Shown here: positions 1 through 9,049 of the stretch, one piece after another
How positions within the stretch are numbered: the stretch's first letter is position 1
How the letters are laid out: every line of letters begins with the position of its first letter
Program-made: the position numbers and the translations under genes
Notes under the pieces: model-generated
The model's database searches: none
What the model was told of the DNA's origin: nothing
The model's input: the letters and a program-made list of their open reading frames with translations, nothing else
Source: a virus
Direction: 5' to 3' (one strand)
Length of the DNA stretch: 64,000 nt
IMG/VR virus record: IMGVR_UViG_3300049912_000012
Coordinates: 14,890-78,889 of that record

Positions 1-174
1 TGTTTCAGTATCAGAATCAAGTGTTCCTTCCAGTTCAATTTCCGTAGCATCACCTAAAGTTTTAACAGCAAAAAATTTAAACAATAAACCCTCTAAATCA
101 GGAAGTCCTGTAACAATTAATTCAATCGTCCCAGTACGTCCCTTATCTATTGAGATTAGATGATCTATTGGCAT
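1..174 (-). CDS. Partial virion structural protein (runs off the left edge; not in ORF track)
   Basis: ATG at 174 directly after the stop of 176..1468; open frame MPIDHLISIDKGRTGTIELIVTGLPDLEG... to the window edge; beta-rich, BppU/Ig-like appearance. Confidence 0.55.
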   Translation of the reverse strand, partial: MPIDHLISIDKGRTGTIELIVTGLPDLEGLLFKFFAVKTLGDATEIELEGTLDSDTET

Positions 175-175
175 A

Positions 176-1468
176 TTATTCCCACTTTAATTTTATATTG
201 CTTATTTTTTGCCTTGTTATCCTATTCGTTCTAATTAAACCCTTTATCTTAGGAATTGGTTGCCTACTTGTTACTTTTATAATCTTTACCTCATCTTTAA
301 TCTTATTTATTTCTATATCTGCTTTTATAGAAATTATCTTCAGCGGGTATAAAATACTTATTAAAATTAAAATGATAACATCTATAAATTGATTTTGATT
401 AACATCTTGCAATTCTAAGTTATTCTCTTGTACTAATTCAATATTCTCAATCCTTACTAATTGTATTAAATCTTGAATAAATAAAATATGTTGTTGATTT
501 AATACAATATTTCCAATTAATTCATTTATTAAACTATCATCAATAGTTAATTTATGAAATTGTCCTAATACAATCAACCCAATTATTTGGGTTTGTAATA
601 TATCATCAACATGAAGATTAACTGATACTTCTAAGACAATATCTTCAATAATTAATGATTGATTAATATTTTCAATAATTAGATTATGAACCTGTATTAA
701 AATAAGATTACTTAAAAATTGTTGTTGATTTATATCACTAACCAATATATCATGTACTTGGATAATAACAATATTCCCAATAGATTGAGATTGATTGATA
801 TGCTGAACAACTAATACATGTTCTTGGATTAATACAATATTCTCAATACTTTGTAATAACGAGGTATTAACGACATATAGGTAATGAACTTGTGTTAATA
901 TAATACTACCGATTGTACATGATCCATTTATATCTTGGATTGCAATATTTTGATTTTCTACTAATATTATATTCCCAATGAATTGACCTTCTAATATATC
1001 ATTAATTACTAAGTTATGTACCTGGACCAATACTATCTCATCAATAATAATACCTATGTTACTTGCTGTTACAACTAGAACATGTACCTGTATAAGTACA
1101 ATATTATCTATAATAGGTGATTGATTTAATCCTTGAATTATAAGATAATGAACTTGCACTAAAACAATGTTCTCAATACCTTGTACTTGGTTAACATCAT
1201 TTACTACTAAAAGATGAACCTGTATAAGAACAATATTCCCTAGAGTTTCAGCAACAACACTATCCTGGACAATTAAATTATGGACTTGAATTAATACAAT
1301 ATTCTCAACAGATTGACCTTGATTAACATTTTGGATAACCAAGTTAATACCTGAAGGTGTCTCCCAAAATTCATTCGCAATGAGATGCGACATACTACCA
1401 GTAGATTTCTTAATTAAATCACTGGACTGTAACCTACCACTCTCTAACCTGCGAAAAATATTAGCCAT
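176..1468 (-). CDS. Ile/Gln/Val/Asn-rich repeat fibre protein (~14 x 22-aa repeats)
   Basis: Repeats of the type IVLIQVHNLxIxDINQxQxIxN; late operon context. Confidence 0.6.
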   Translation of the reverse strand: MANIFRRLESGRLQSSDLIKKSTGSMSHLIANEFWETPSGINLVIQNVNQGQSVENIVLIQVHNLIVQDSVVAETLGNIVLIQVHLLVVNDVNQVQGIENIVLVQVHYLIIQGLNQSPIIDNIVLIQVHVLVVTASNIGIIIDEIVLVQVHNLVINDILEGQFIGNIILVENQNIAIQDINGSCTIGSIILTQVHYLYVVNTSLLQSIENIVLIQEHVLVVQHINQSQSIGNIVIIQVHDILVSDINQQQFLSNLILIQVHNLIIENINQSLIIEDIVLEVSVNLHVDDILQTQIIGLIVLGQFHKLTIDDSLINELIGNIVLNQQHILFIQDLIQLVRIENIELVQENNLELQDVNQNQFIDVIILILISILYPLKIISIKADIEINKIKDEVKIIKVTSRQPIPKIKGLIRTNRITRQKISNIKLKWE

Positions 1469-2294
1469 TACTTATATCAAATGCTAATTCTGGTAATCCT
1501 GACGATGTACCCGTATCTGTAGTAACTAAAAACATTATAGCACTATCGGCATAGACTACTGGTGCCCCTGTCTTAAATATATCATGTATATCTCCTGCTC
1601 CAACGGTAGGTACTCTACCAGATGTCCAAAGAGAACGCATTATATTAAGATTATAAGTCCCTGCTGTGGCTGATCCTGTTGTTGTGGTGACGCTGTTAAT
1701 CTGCTGTACACCCGTGTCTCCTGATTGAAGGGATAGTTGTATCATCTTACCTAAAGTAAGGTTAGCTGCGGTCTGTGTAGGCATTGTAGCCGTTCTTCCA
1801 GATGTGCCTGCTTGGTTAGTATATCCAACAGATACGGTAAAGGCTGTTGCACTTGTGAAAGTACTCAATGCCTCAAACCATAGTTCATTCCTTGCTCCAT
1901 AGGCAGCACCACCTAAGTAATCAGGACATCTGCCCGTAATGTTAGGCCATCCCGTAGTAACCGTAATAACACCGTTATTATAGTTAATAGCACCCATCTT
2001 AACTAACCTATCAAAGAGTGATAGTCTCCCTGCTACCGTACTACCAAATTCTACCTTTGTGAGATACCCTGTGCCAGATGAGAATGATACATCAGGATAA
2101 CCAGCGATAGAGTCCGTCTCTAATGTTCCACCATTTGCAGTGTTTGTACCCGCATTAGTACCCGCACCCGGGTTTCCCGCAAGTTCAAACATGTGAAAGT
2201 TCATAAGGGCTACCGATGTACGAGCAGTAGTCTTGGTAATACGGATTCGTTGACGATTAGAAGCCAACCATTGATCCAATGAAGTTATTGCCAT
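1461..2294 (-). CDS. Virion structural / decoration-type protein
   Basis: T/G-rich beta protein starting MAITSLD, in late operon; overlaps next gene. Confidence 0.5.
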   Translation of the reverse strand: MAITSLDQWLASNRQRIRITKTTARTSVALMNFHMFELAGNPGAGTNAGTNTANGGTLETDSIAGYPDVSFSSGTGYLTKVEFGSTVAGRLSLFDRLVKMGAINYNNGVITVTTGWPNITGRCPDYLGGAAYGARNELWFEALSTFTSATAFTVSVGYTNQAGTSGRTATMPTQTAANLTLGKMIQLSLQSGDTGVQQINSVTTTTGSATAGTYNLNIMRSLWTSGRVPTVGAGDIHDIFKTGAPVVYADSAIMFLVTTDTGTSSGLPELAFDISNG

Positions 2295-2306
2295 GTTATT
2301 TGACTA

Positions 2307-2681
2307 TTAAGTAGGATCGGCAATCTCAAACTTAAATGCAGGAATATTAACAGTATTCCCACTTGTAAGCACCTGTGATGTTATAGTAGTAACAGCTAAT
2401 AAAACTGATCCTGAACATATCGCAGCATAAACTGCTGTTCCACTTGAATCAACAGTTACCCCAACTTGTGCATTTACTGTTAATTTTCTTCCACTTACAT
2501 CTCCATTAACAGGACCGGTATAAGAACCACTTGTTAATCCTGTTTTTAATGCAAGTTTAAAAGTTGATGTAGCCTCTGCATAAGTAGTAGGTTGCGCATT
2601 GCATACACACAATTGTGTACCCCCACTTTTAATAATATTTAAACTACCATCAATTACCGAATCATCTAATGTTTTTGCCAT
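2307..2681 (-). CDS. Small virion fibre-associated protein
   Basis: 124 aa, VNGDVSGRKLTV and GNTVNIPAFKFEIADP pattern typical of small phage fibre-associated proteins. Confidence 0.5.
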   Translation of the reverse strand: MAKTLDDSVIDGSLNIIKSGGTQLCVCNAQPTTYAEATSTFKLALKTGLTSGSYTGPVNGDVSGRKLTVNAQVGVTVDSSGTAVYAAICSGSVLLAVTTITSQVLTSGNTVNIPAFKFEIADPT

Positions 2682-2699
2682 AATTTTATTCTCCTATAT

Positions 2700-2933
2700 T
2701 TATGTACGGTTTGCACTCTTAAATGTTATCTTAAATCCACACTCATAACAATTATATTTATATAGATTAGCCCTTGAATTGGTAAGATATTTCATTTCGT
2801 TCCAATCTAATGCTAACCTATCTATGCAATGCCTGCAATATACTACATCACTAACATGAATACCTCCCACAACCTTATTAACCCCCGTTGGAGTAAGTGT
2901 AGGAAATGTAGAATATATAACTGCTGATCCCAT
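2700..2933 (-). CDS. Small Zn-ribbon protein
   Basis: CRHC ... CYEC cysteine pairs. Confidence 0.45.
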   Translation of the reverse strand: MGSAVIYSTFPTLTPTGVNKVVGGIHVSDVVYCRHCIDRLALDWNEMKYLTNSRANLYKYNCYECGFKITFKSANRT

Positions 2934-3883
2934 TATTTCTTATAATATTTCGTAAGTTCCTCAACATGAGGTAAATAGATGCAACGACATCTCGTATGAA
3001 AAGGTAGCATCCCGCTTGCCTCATCTAACGTATATACCTTACCCTCATACGGTTTGCAAAGTTCACAAACTCGATCATCTCCTGCGGTCTTTATTTCCGC
3101 TAAAACATTCACGCCCTCTACTCCCCAATTACGAAATTCTTGAAGCTGCGCCTCATTGAAACTTCGCATTATTTCGGTTCTCGCAAGCATCTCTGCACGT
3201 ACCTGTGCAGGAATAAATCTTCCTAAAGTATCCGTTATCCCCAAATCTCCCATCCCTGTCCCGTTAATTGTCGCAACAAGTTTCCTCGCAAGGAGCAACA
3301 TCCCATCCCCATCAGCAATACCCTGTGCAAGAACTCTTGCTATCTGCATATCCATAGCTGCAGTGATGCCTTTTAGATCGTTGAAAGTCCTTGTAAAAAG
3401 GAGTCCAAGTCTCTCTAAATGAAAAATATTTCTTGACCAAATATCCACTCCCCCTGACTGATCCATAGTAGGAATGTCCATCCCTGCCTTTACCATCTCG
3501 CTTCTTGCTCGCATCAGTCCTCTCTTGTAACTATCTGCTATATATAGGTTAGTCCATGCTGACTCTATACTCTTTCCTACCTGTTGAAAAGTAGTGACTT
3601 CTAAGATTCCTTTATCTACCTGTATCTGTAACCACTTCATGAACTCCACTACTTTCTCTGCATCACGTCTGAAGATAAATGCTTCCTTACCTGGAGTTGT
3701 CATCTGCAAAGTATGAGTCTTAGGCTTTAATCCAAATACATCTTCCTCTACTACTGCTTTCTTAACTACTGTAACAAGCTCAGTAAACCTACGATTCATA
3801 TTACGAGAGAAAACATTTCTTAACGTTGTCGTCATCGAAGGGTCAACTTGAATTGCTTGTCTATATGTTACTAACTCACTCAA
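2933..3883 (-). CDS. Head morphogenesis protein (SPP1 gp7 / Mu F family)
   Basis: RAEMLARTE, DDRVCELC and PFHTRCRC motifs; directly after portal. Confidence 0.9.
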   Translation of the reverse strand: MSELVTYRQAIQVDPSMTTTLRNVFSRNMNRRFTELVTVVKKAVVEEDVFGLKPKTHTLQMTTPGKEAFIFRRDAEKVVEFMKWLQIQVDKGILEVTTFQQVGKSIESAWTNLYIADSYKRGLMRARSEMVKAGMDIPTMDQSGGVDIWSRNIFHLERLGLLFTRTFNDLKGITAAMDMQIARVLAQGIADGDGMLLLARKLVATINGTGMGDLGITDTLGRFIPAQVRAEMLARTEIMRSFNEAQLQEFRNWGVEGVNVLAEIKTAGDDRVCELCKPYEGKVYTLDEASGMLPFHTRCRCIYLPHVEELTKYYKK

Positions 3884-5322
3884 ACTGCTACTTTCTTTCT
3901 AGGATTCATTTCTAATGCACCTCCTGCTGCCCCCGTTTGTGCAGGAGTGGTAATATCTATAATATCTTCCATTAAACTTTTTTGTTCTTCCGTAATACCT
4001 TCTGCCCTCATTTTTTTAGCAAGGTCAATATCTCCCTGGCTAAATCCAAGACATTTTTCAAGAAATAAATCTGCAGGAATTAATGCTTCTGCAGTAGGAT
4101 TAGTAGTATACTCACGTATAGCATTAGCACGTCCTTTCCCTATCTCTACTCTTTCTTTCTCACTTATTGAGAACAAGTCAAGCCAATCTACCCTGTAATA
4201 TTCTTCAGGTTCTGGAAGTATTTTTAATTCTATCAACCTATCTACAAAAGGTCTTATAATCTTAGGTTCTGCATGGTCTTCTCTCCTGCTTTGCACATAA
4301 GTCTTCCACTCACTTGCATCCTGTGAACTTGCAAGTTCACCCCTCTCACTACCTGTCAATACCCTTATAGGGATGCCTGTCACCGCACTTATCATCTGGA
4401 GTTGTGCTTGCACATGGTTGAGTGGATCGGCTATCTGTTGTGCTAATGCTTCCAAATCTACCCCCTCAGTAACTAAGAATCTTAATAAATTATCATCATA
4501 TTCTTGGAATTGATCCTTTAATCCTTCCTTAGTTTCAGTAGTCATAGAATAATCTTTATCAACTTTCCCATGAAATCCAGGTCTAGCACCTCTCCAAAAC
4601 ATCTCTGCATCACCTCCTACTAACTTCTCTAAGTCCATCAACCTGTTAAATACTGATTCAAGTCTTGGAGTACCATAAACTTCTGATTCAAGATTGTCGT
4701 CTACTATATGAACTACTCTTGAATGATGCACCTTTACTATCTTACTTGATCCACTTGATACATCAGCAACCTGTATATCATATATCTTAGGCATTCCATA
4801 ACGAGGATTATTAGGATCGGATTCAAATAGGTTTACCAAGGCACTATTTTCTCCAAAGGGTTTTACATATTGAAGTTTCCTTGCTCCTGTTGTTACAGGT
4901 TTTAAATAATCTTCTATATTAGTTACATCATCTAATCCTAAAAGCAATGCTCCATACCTACCTATCCCTGTAAGCCTATCTACCCTAGCCAAAAGTGATC
5001 TTAGTTTTAATTTTCGATTGAGATCATACCATGCCTTTTCAAAAATAGTCTTGTTAGCCTCTTCTGATTCTATAAGTTCCAATTCTCCCTGCCATGTAGC
5101 TTTTACAGGACGATCTATGATAGCTTTTGCAATATCTTGGCGCACATAACGAGCTTCAAAATCTTTATATGTAAGGATAAGGCTATATCCCAATGCTTTA
5201 TACAAATCCCTGTCCCCTCCATATTGAAGTCCTAGGTATGCAGCAAGATTAGCCCTTGCTACCAATGACCCTGTAAGAGTCTGTATATTCTTGCCATTGA
5301 TAGGCTTAGTACCTCTTTCCAT
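3880..5322 (-). CDS. Portal protein (DUF1073-like)
   Basis: 480 aa; IAKAIIDRP, VHHSRV, YGTPRLE, GIPIRVLTGSERGELAS motifs; upstream of gp7-like gene. Confidence 0.85.
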   Translation of the reverse strand: MERGTKPINGKNIQTLTGSLVARANLAAYLGLQYGGDRDLYKALGYSLILTYKDFEARYVRQDIAKAIIDRPVKATWQGELELIESEEANKTIFEKAWYDLNRKLKLRSLLARVDRLTGIGRYGALLLGLDDVTNIEDYLKPVTTGARKLQYVKPFGENSALVNLFESDPNNPRYGMPKIYDIQVADVSSGSSKIVKVHHSRVVHIVDDNLESEVYGTPRLESVFNRLMDLEKLVGGDAEMFWRGARPGFHGKVDKDYSMTTETKEGLKDQFQEYDDNLLRFLVTEGVDLEALAQQIADPLNHVQAQLQMISAVTGIPIRVLTGSERGELASSQDASEWKTYVQSRREDHAEPKIIRPFVDRLIELKILPEPEEYYRVDWLDLFSISEKERVEIGKGRANAIREYTTNPTAEALIPADLFLEKCLGFSQGDIDLAKKMRAEGITEEQKSLMEDIIDITTPAQTGAAGGALEMNPRKKVAV

Positions 5323-5721
5323 CTATTTCGTTATTAACCAAGTTAACCCTATTAAGAAACATATAAATTTAAGCATACCGAAAAATAAACCTACTGGGAA
5401 TTTTGTTGTATTGAAAAACCATTGCCAGAACTTATCACTCAACTTAGTAGTGCCAATGTATGCTATCGGTAGTCCTGCAATTAAATTATATACTACATCA
5501 AATATTGCAAACCGCATCAACAAATAACCTCCAAGAATGAATCTCCAATCATTCCCGTACATACCTATTGAATACCCCATTAGCCATGCACCTATTGAGA
5601 TTGTCACAACAGCAAGGTAAATACCTTCTATTATCCCCGCTATTGCCTTATGACCCTTCAATGCCAGTGCTTCGGGGACTGCTTCAAAAATGATTAAAAA
5701 TATTGCCGTAAATAATAACAT
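5323..5721 (-). CDS. Multi-pass membrane protein (~4 TM)
   Basis: Four hydrophobic stretches in 132 aa. Confidence 0.6.
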   Translation of the reverse strand: MLLFTAIFLIIFEAVPEALALKGHKAIAGIIEGIYLAVVTISIGAWLMGYSIGMYGNDWRFILGGYLLMRFAIFDVVYNLIAGLPIAYIGTTKLSDKFWQWFFNTTKFPVGLFFGMLKFICFLIGLTWLITK

Positions 5722-5758
5722 TTTCTTTTATGAATAGCCAAAGTTTCATAATACAATT

Positions 5759-5785
5759 TCTTACCTATCCAAATTCCTGTTCCTA
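5759..5785. repeat. 27-nt perfect direct repeat, copy 1 (TCTTACCTATCCAAATTCCTGTTCCTA)
   Basis: Identical to 10702-10728; intergenic here. Confidence 0.9.
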
Positions 5786-5801
5786 CTATAGGTGTCGTTT
5801 A

Positions 5802-6893
5802 TTAAAAAAGTCCATATTTTGCATTCAAATAATTCACAATAGATGTTTGTGTTCCATCATTATCTGCAACATTTCTATATATTATTTCCTTAAATGCTAT
5901 ATTTGCACAACCAAGATTAGCAGCTCTTGAACCTATCGAAATACCCGCTCCCGCTGCCGTACCAACACTGCCAGTGGTTTTTGATGTATTATTAATCTGT
6001 AAAAAACTTGCAGCACCAGACCATAATATTCTGACTAATCCGTATGAGCCAACAGCTAAATTTGAATTTACACTACTATATGCCGTACCACCATAAATAG
6101 CTAAACCAGGAGAAGCAGTCCTTTGTTGTAAAATAAGGGTTGAATCAGTATATCCATCTAAGACAAAATCAGTTGAAGTCCAGCTGACTTGTTTCATGAC
6201 TATATAAGCCATAACTGGTTGATTTAAAGTAAATGTACCCGTTTTTAACTGATCACCATTTGTTGCAGCCCCGTCAAATGTAATTCCATCAGCAGACCAT
6301 ACAGGTTGTTTTAGACCCGTTGCCTGTACTAAGTCATGACCACTTAATAATTTATCTAGCCATGAAGATACAAGATTACTTCCATCTTTGGTTATAGTTG
6401 TAAGATCATTCCAATCATACCAACCTACAGTATTTCCAGCTCTGATTATAATTTCGCCTGCGGACCACGTTGTTGCACTTACAACAGATGACCCAGAACT
6501 CTCACTTGTACCCTTATATGCCGTGACATAAAAATAATATAGTGTCCCTGCTGTTAAACTAGTTGCATTAAATGTAGTGGTTGCACTCGTACCTTTTTCA
6601 ATGAATGAAATATTATCTGTCGAAATATAGATTCTATAACCATCCTGATTTGTTGATGTTGAACTGAATGATAAGTTTATCTGAACATCACTTATAACTG
6701 ATAATACAACACTAGAAGGCAATCCATTTATAGCAGCTATACTTCCCAACACTTTATCAATACATTTCCAGTCAGTATTCTCTGCCCCTGCAAATCCAGT
6801 AACAGTAAGAACGATATCAGTGACATAATACCCATCTCTTACCCCGTTGCGAAACTTATCGGAACCTTGCTTGTATATATAATATTGAGGCAT
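5802..6893 (-). CDS. Modular fibre/decoration protein: N-terminal GFxGxExxDW module + FN3 + LamG/ConA-like domain
   Basis: TGFAGAENTDW; FN3 signature LTAGTLYYFYVTAY; C-terminal YLNAKYGLF shared with 14610..16541. Confidence 0.65.
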   Translation of the reverse strand: MPQYYIYKQGSDKFRNGVRDGYYVTDIVLTVTGFAGAENTDWKCIDKVLGSIAAINGLPSSVVLSVISDVQINLSFSSTSTNQDGYRIYISTDNISFIEKGTSATTTFNATSLTAGTLYYFYVTAYKGTSESSGSSVVSATTWSAGEIIIRAGNTVGWYDWNDLTTITKDGSNLVSSWLDKLLSGHDLVQATGLKQPVWSADGITFDGAATNGDQLKTGTFTLNQPVMAYIVMKQVSWTSTDFVLDGYTDSTLILQQRTASPGLAIYGGTAYSSVNSNLAVGSYGLVRILWSGAASFLQINNTSKTTGSVGTAAGAGISIGSRAANLGCANIAFKEIIYRNVADNDGTQTSIVNYLNAKYGLF

Positions 6894-6895
6894 AA

Positions 6896-7735
6896 TTACT
6901 GTATTTTAAACCACTTCTGTTTGCCAGTAGGTCTTATATACTTGCATACATATAATGAACTATCTGAAGTTTTAAATACGAGAGTTCCATATTTTGCAGC
7001 AACAGTTGTATCACCAACATACATTATCGCTGGAACATTAAGAGTCATTGCAGATGAGTCAATCTTAACTATGCTTGTGCCAATCTTACTATTCAAATTC
7101 AAAGCTGGCGATCCTGTATATGAATACGAAAGATTGAAACTTGAACTATCGGAAGCCTGTGCAAATGTATCTCTGCGTTTATTTACAGTACTCTGTACGA
7201 AATTAAAGGCATTCAGATTAGTTGTAGTGCTTGATATGACAGATAGCTTTGTAAGAGGCGTTGCAGTACCTACTCCAAATCCTATTGAGTCAGCACGAAA
7301 CAATACATTACCCTGTTTATCAGTCATTGTAAGTAGTGGAGAGCCGGTATAAGTGTACCATAAATTCAATGATGAACTATCCCTTGCCTGGGTGGTAGTG
7401 GTCCTGTTTTTATTAGTAGTACTGTTAACGAAATTAAAGCTATTTAAGCCATTTGTCGTTGACGATGATACTACAAACTGGTGTAATGGAGAAGTTGACC
7501 CTATGCCTACATATGACGTTCCTGACGTAAGCAAATTACCACCTGACAATGTAAGTGTGTTGCTTGTATGAGTAAGTAATAAGTCTCCATTATTCCAATT
7601 AATTATTCCTCCTGATCCATATAAATGTAATAACGGAACAGATTTACGAATTATCAAATCATAGTATTTTGTTTTCTGTGCCGACAAAGTTATTGTCAGT
7701 ACAAACATAATTAAACCCAAGAGTGTTTTTTTCAT
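6896..7735 (-). CDS. Signal-peptide-bearing fibre-like protein with an internal ~50-aa duplication
   Basis: MKKTLLGLIMFVLTITLSA-Q signal peptide; VGIGSTSP and FGVGTATP fibre repeats. Confidence 0.6.
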   Translation of the reverse strand: MKKTLLGLIMFVLTITLSAQKTKYYDLIIRKSVPLLHLYGSGGIINWNNGDLLLTHTSNTLTLSGGNLLTSGTSYVGIGSTSPLHQFVVSSSTTNGLNSFNFVNSTTNKNRTTTTQARDSSSLNLWYTYTGSPLLTMTDKQGNVLFRADSIGFGVGTATPLTKLSVISSTTTNLNAFNFVQSTVNKRRDTFAQASDSSSFNLSYSYTGSPALNLNSKIGTSIVKIDSSAMTLNVPAIMYVGDTTVAAKYGTLVFKTSDSSLYVCKYIRPTGKQKWFKIQ

Positions 7736-7736
7736 A

Positions 7737-7895
7737 TTATTGCGGTGTTAGTGTTTCTAAATTTCCCCATGTAAAATCTTCTAACCCAGAAAATCCATCA
7801 ACTTCCCATTCATTATCTATGACAAATTCGGAACCAATAGCTCCTTCTCTAAAATTTAATCCTGTATCTGGATCAGTATATATTAAATATTGCAT
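7737..7895 (-). CDS. 52-aa stand-alone GFxGxExxxW module (not in ORF track)
   Basis: MQYLIYTDPDTGLNFREGAIGSEFVIDNEWEVDGFSGLEDFTWGNLETLTPQ; fills the gap between genes and is homologous to the N-termini of 5802..6893 and 9050..10732. Confidence 0.75.
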   Translation of the reverse strand: MQYLIYTDPDTGLNFREGAIGSEFVIDNEWEVDGFSGLEDFTWGNLETLTPQ

Positions 7896-7905
7896 ATCAT
7901 TATTT

Positions 7906-9048
7906 TTAAGCTCCTATTAATTGCCATGACGAACTACCGGGGAGTCCATGTGTTGGTTTAACATTAGATACTGGAAATACCCTTGCTAATAAATACTTTC
8001 CAGCTAATGACGAATTTATAGTGTAAGTCGTTCCACTATTAGTTATAGCTACCAATACTTCACCATCTCCACTATTGTTAGCTGCAGAATACCATTCTAC
8101 TCTTGTACCATGCCCATTTTCTAATTTGTATGTATCTGTTTTCTGAGTTAAATTTTCCGAACTCCCAGTAAATGTATAAGAACATCCAACAGGTAACCCC
8201 TGCGTAATTGTACCAGTAATAGTTACATTTGAAACAGATGGTCTTGTCCCACCATAAAAATATTCATAAAGAAACCCGGCAATAATTTCACCCTTATTGA
8301 TTTCTGCCATAGTAGTCGGATGTAAATTTGTTGGATGTCTATCCAAGTCATTATAATCATAGGTATAAAATAAATTTGAAGATACTGCCGCAACTCCATC
8401 TCTACAAGCACCCGTGGTGGTATCAAAATTTCTATTCTTGCCAAAATAAAACATTATAGTATTATCATCTAAAACAGTTCTTATTTCATTTATTATATCT
8501 TCAATCTCATCAGTATAATCCTGAGCTACTGTACTACCTGGATAAACACCGCCACTGCCCCAGATAACTGTTATTCTCGGTTCATAACCAATTGCTCTTA
8601 GATATTTCCTCATTAAAAGAGTTTCATCAATTATATCATTAGTCAAAGAAGCCACTGCATTAATACCCCATGTTCCCATTGCTGTTTCCGTAGATATAAG
8701 AGATGATCCATTTTGCGCTAATTGCATGACGAACATAGGTACTGGCCATGAATAATTATGGTATAATATCTTTCCAAAAATATCAACACTATTGAAATGA
8801 TTTTCAGCAGATTCATAATTGTATGCTTTGTTCATATATGCCCAAAATCCTCCGCCAGTCCTTCTTAAATGCGTTTGATCTCCATCTGGAAAATAATAAT
8901 TTTTTAATGTTGTACTGAGAGCGTTATCGTCTATAGTTGATAAATATCCATTCATCAATGAATTACCCAATACTAAAAAGAAATCACATATATTCTTTGT
9001 AGGTACAACACAATTAAATCTTGTTTCTGCTGTTGATGCCTGTCCCAT
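7906..9048 (-). CDS. SGNH / sialate-O-acetylesterase-like domain + Ig-like domain
   Basis: FLVLGNSLMNG (GxS block I), LAQNGSSL, DRHPTNLHP (late His); C-terminal Ig-like repeat. Confidence 0.5.
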   Translation of the reverse strand: MGQASTAETRFNCVVPTKNICDFFLVLGNSLMNGYLSTIDDNALSTTLKNYYFPDGDQTHLRRTGGGFWAYMNKAYNYESAENHFNSVDIFGKILYHNYSWPVPMFVMQLAQNGSSLISTETAMGTWGINAVASLTNDIIDETLLMRKYLRAIGYEPRITVIWGSGGVYPGSTVAQDYTDEIEDIINEIRTVLDDNTIMFYFGKNRNFDTTTGACRDGVAAVSSNLFYTYDYNDLDRHPTNLHPTTMAEINKGEIIAGFLYEYFYGGTRPSVSNVTITGTITQGLPVGCSYTFTGSSENLTQKTDTYKLENGHGTRVEWYSAANNSGDGEVLVAITNSGTTYTINSSLAGKYLLARVFPVSNVKPTHGLPGSSSWQLIGA

Positions 9049-9049
9049 G

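Noticed and set aside
3880-5322. Anti-CBASS Acb1 label sometimes attached to DUF1073-like proteins
   Set aside because: Size, motifs and position before the gp7-like gene indicate a portal; no fused HxT phosphoesterase domain seen
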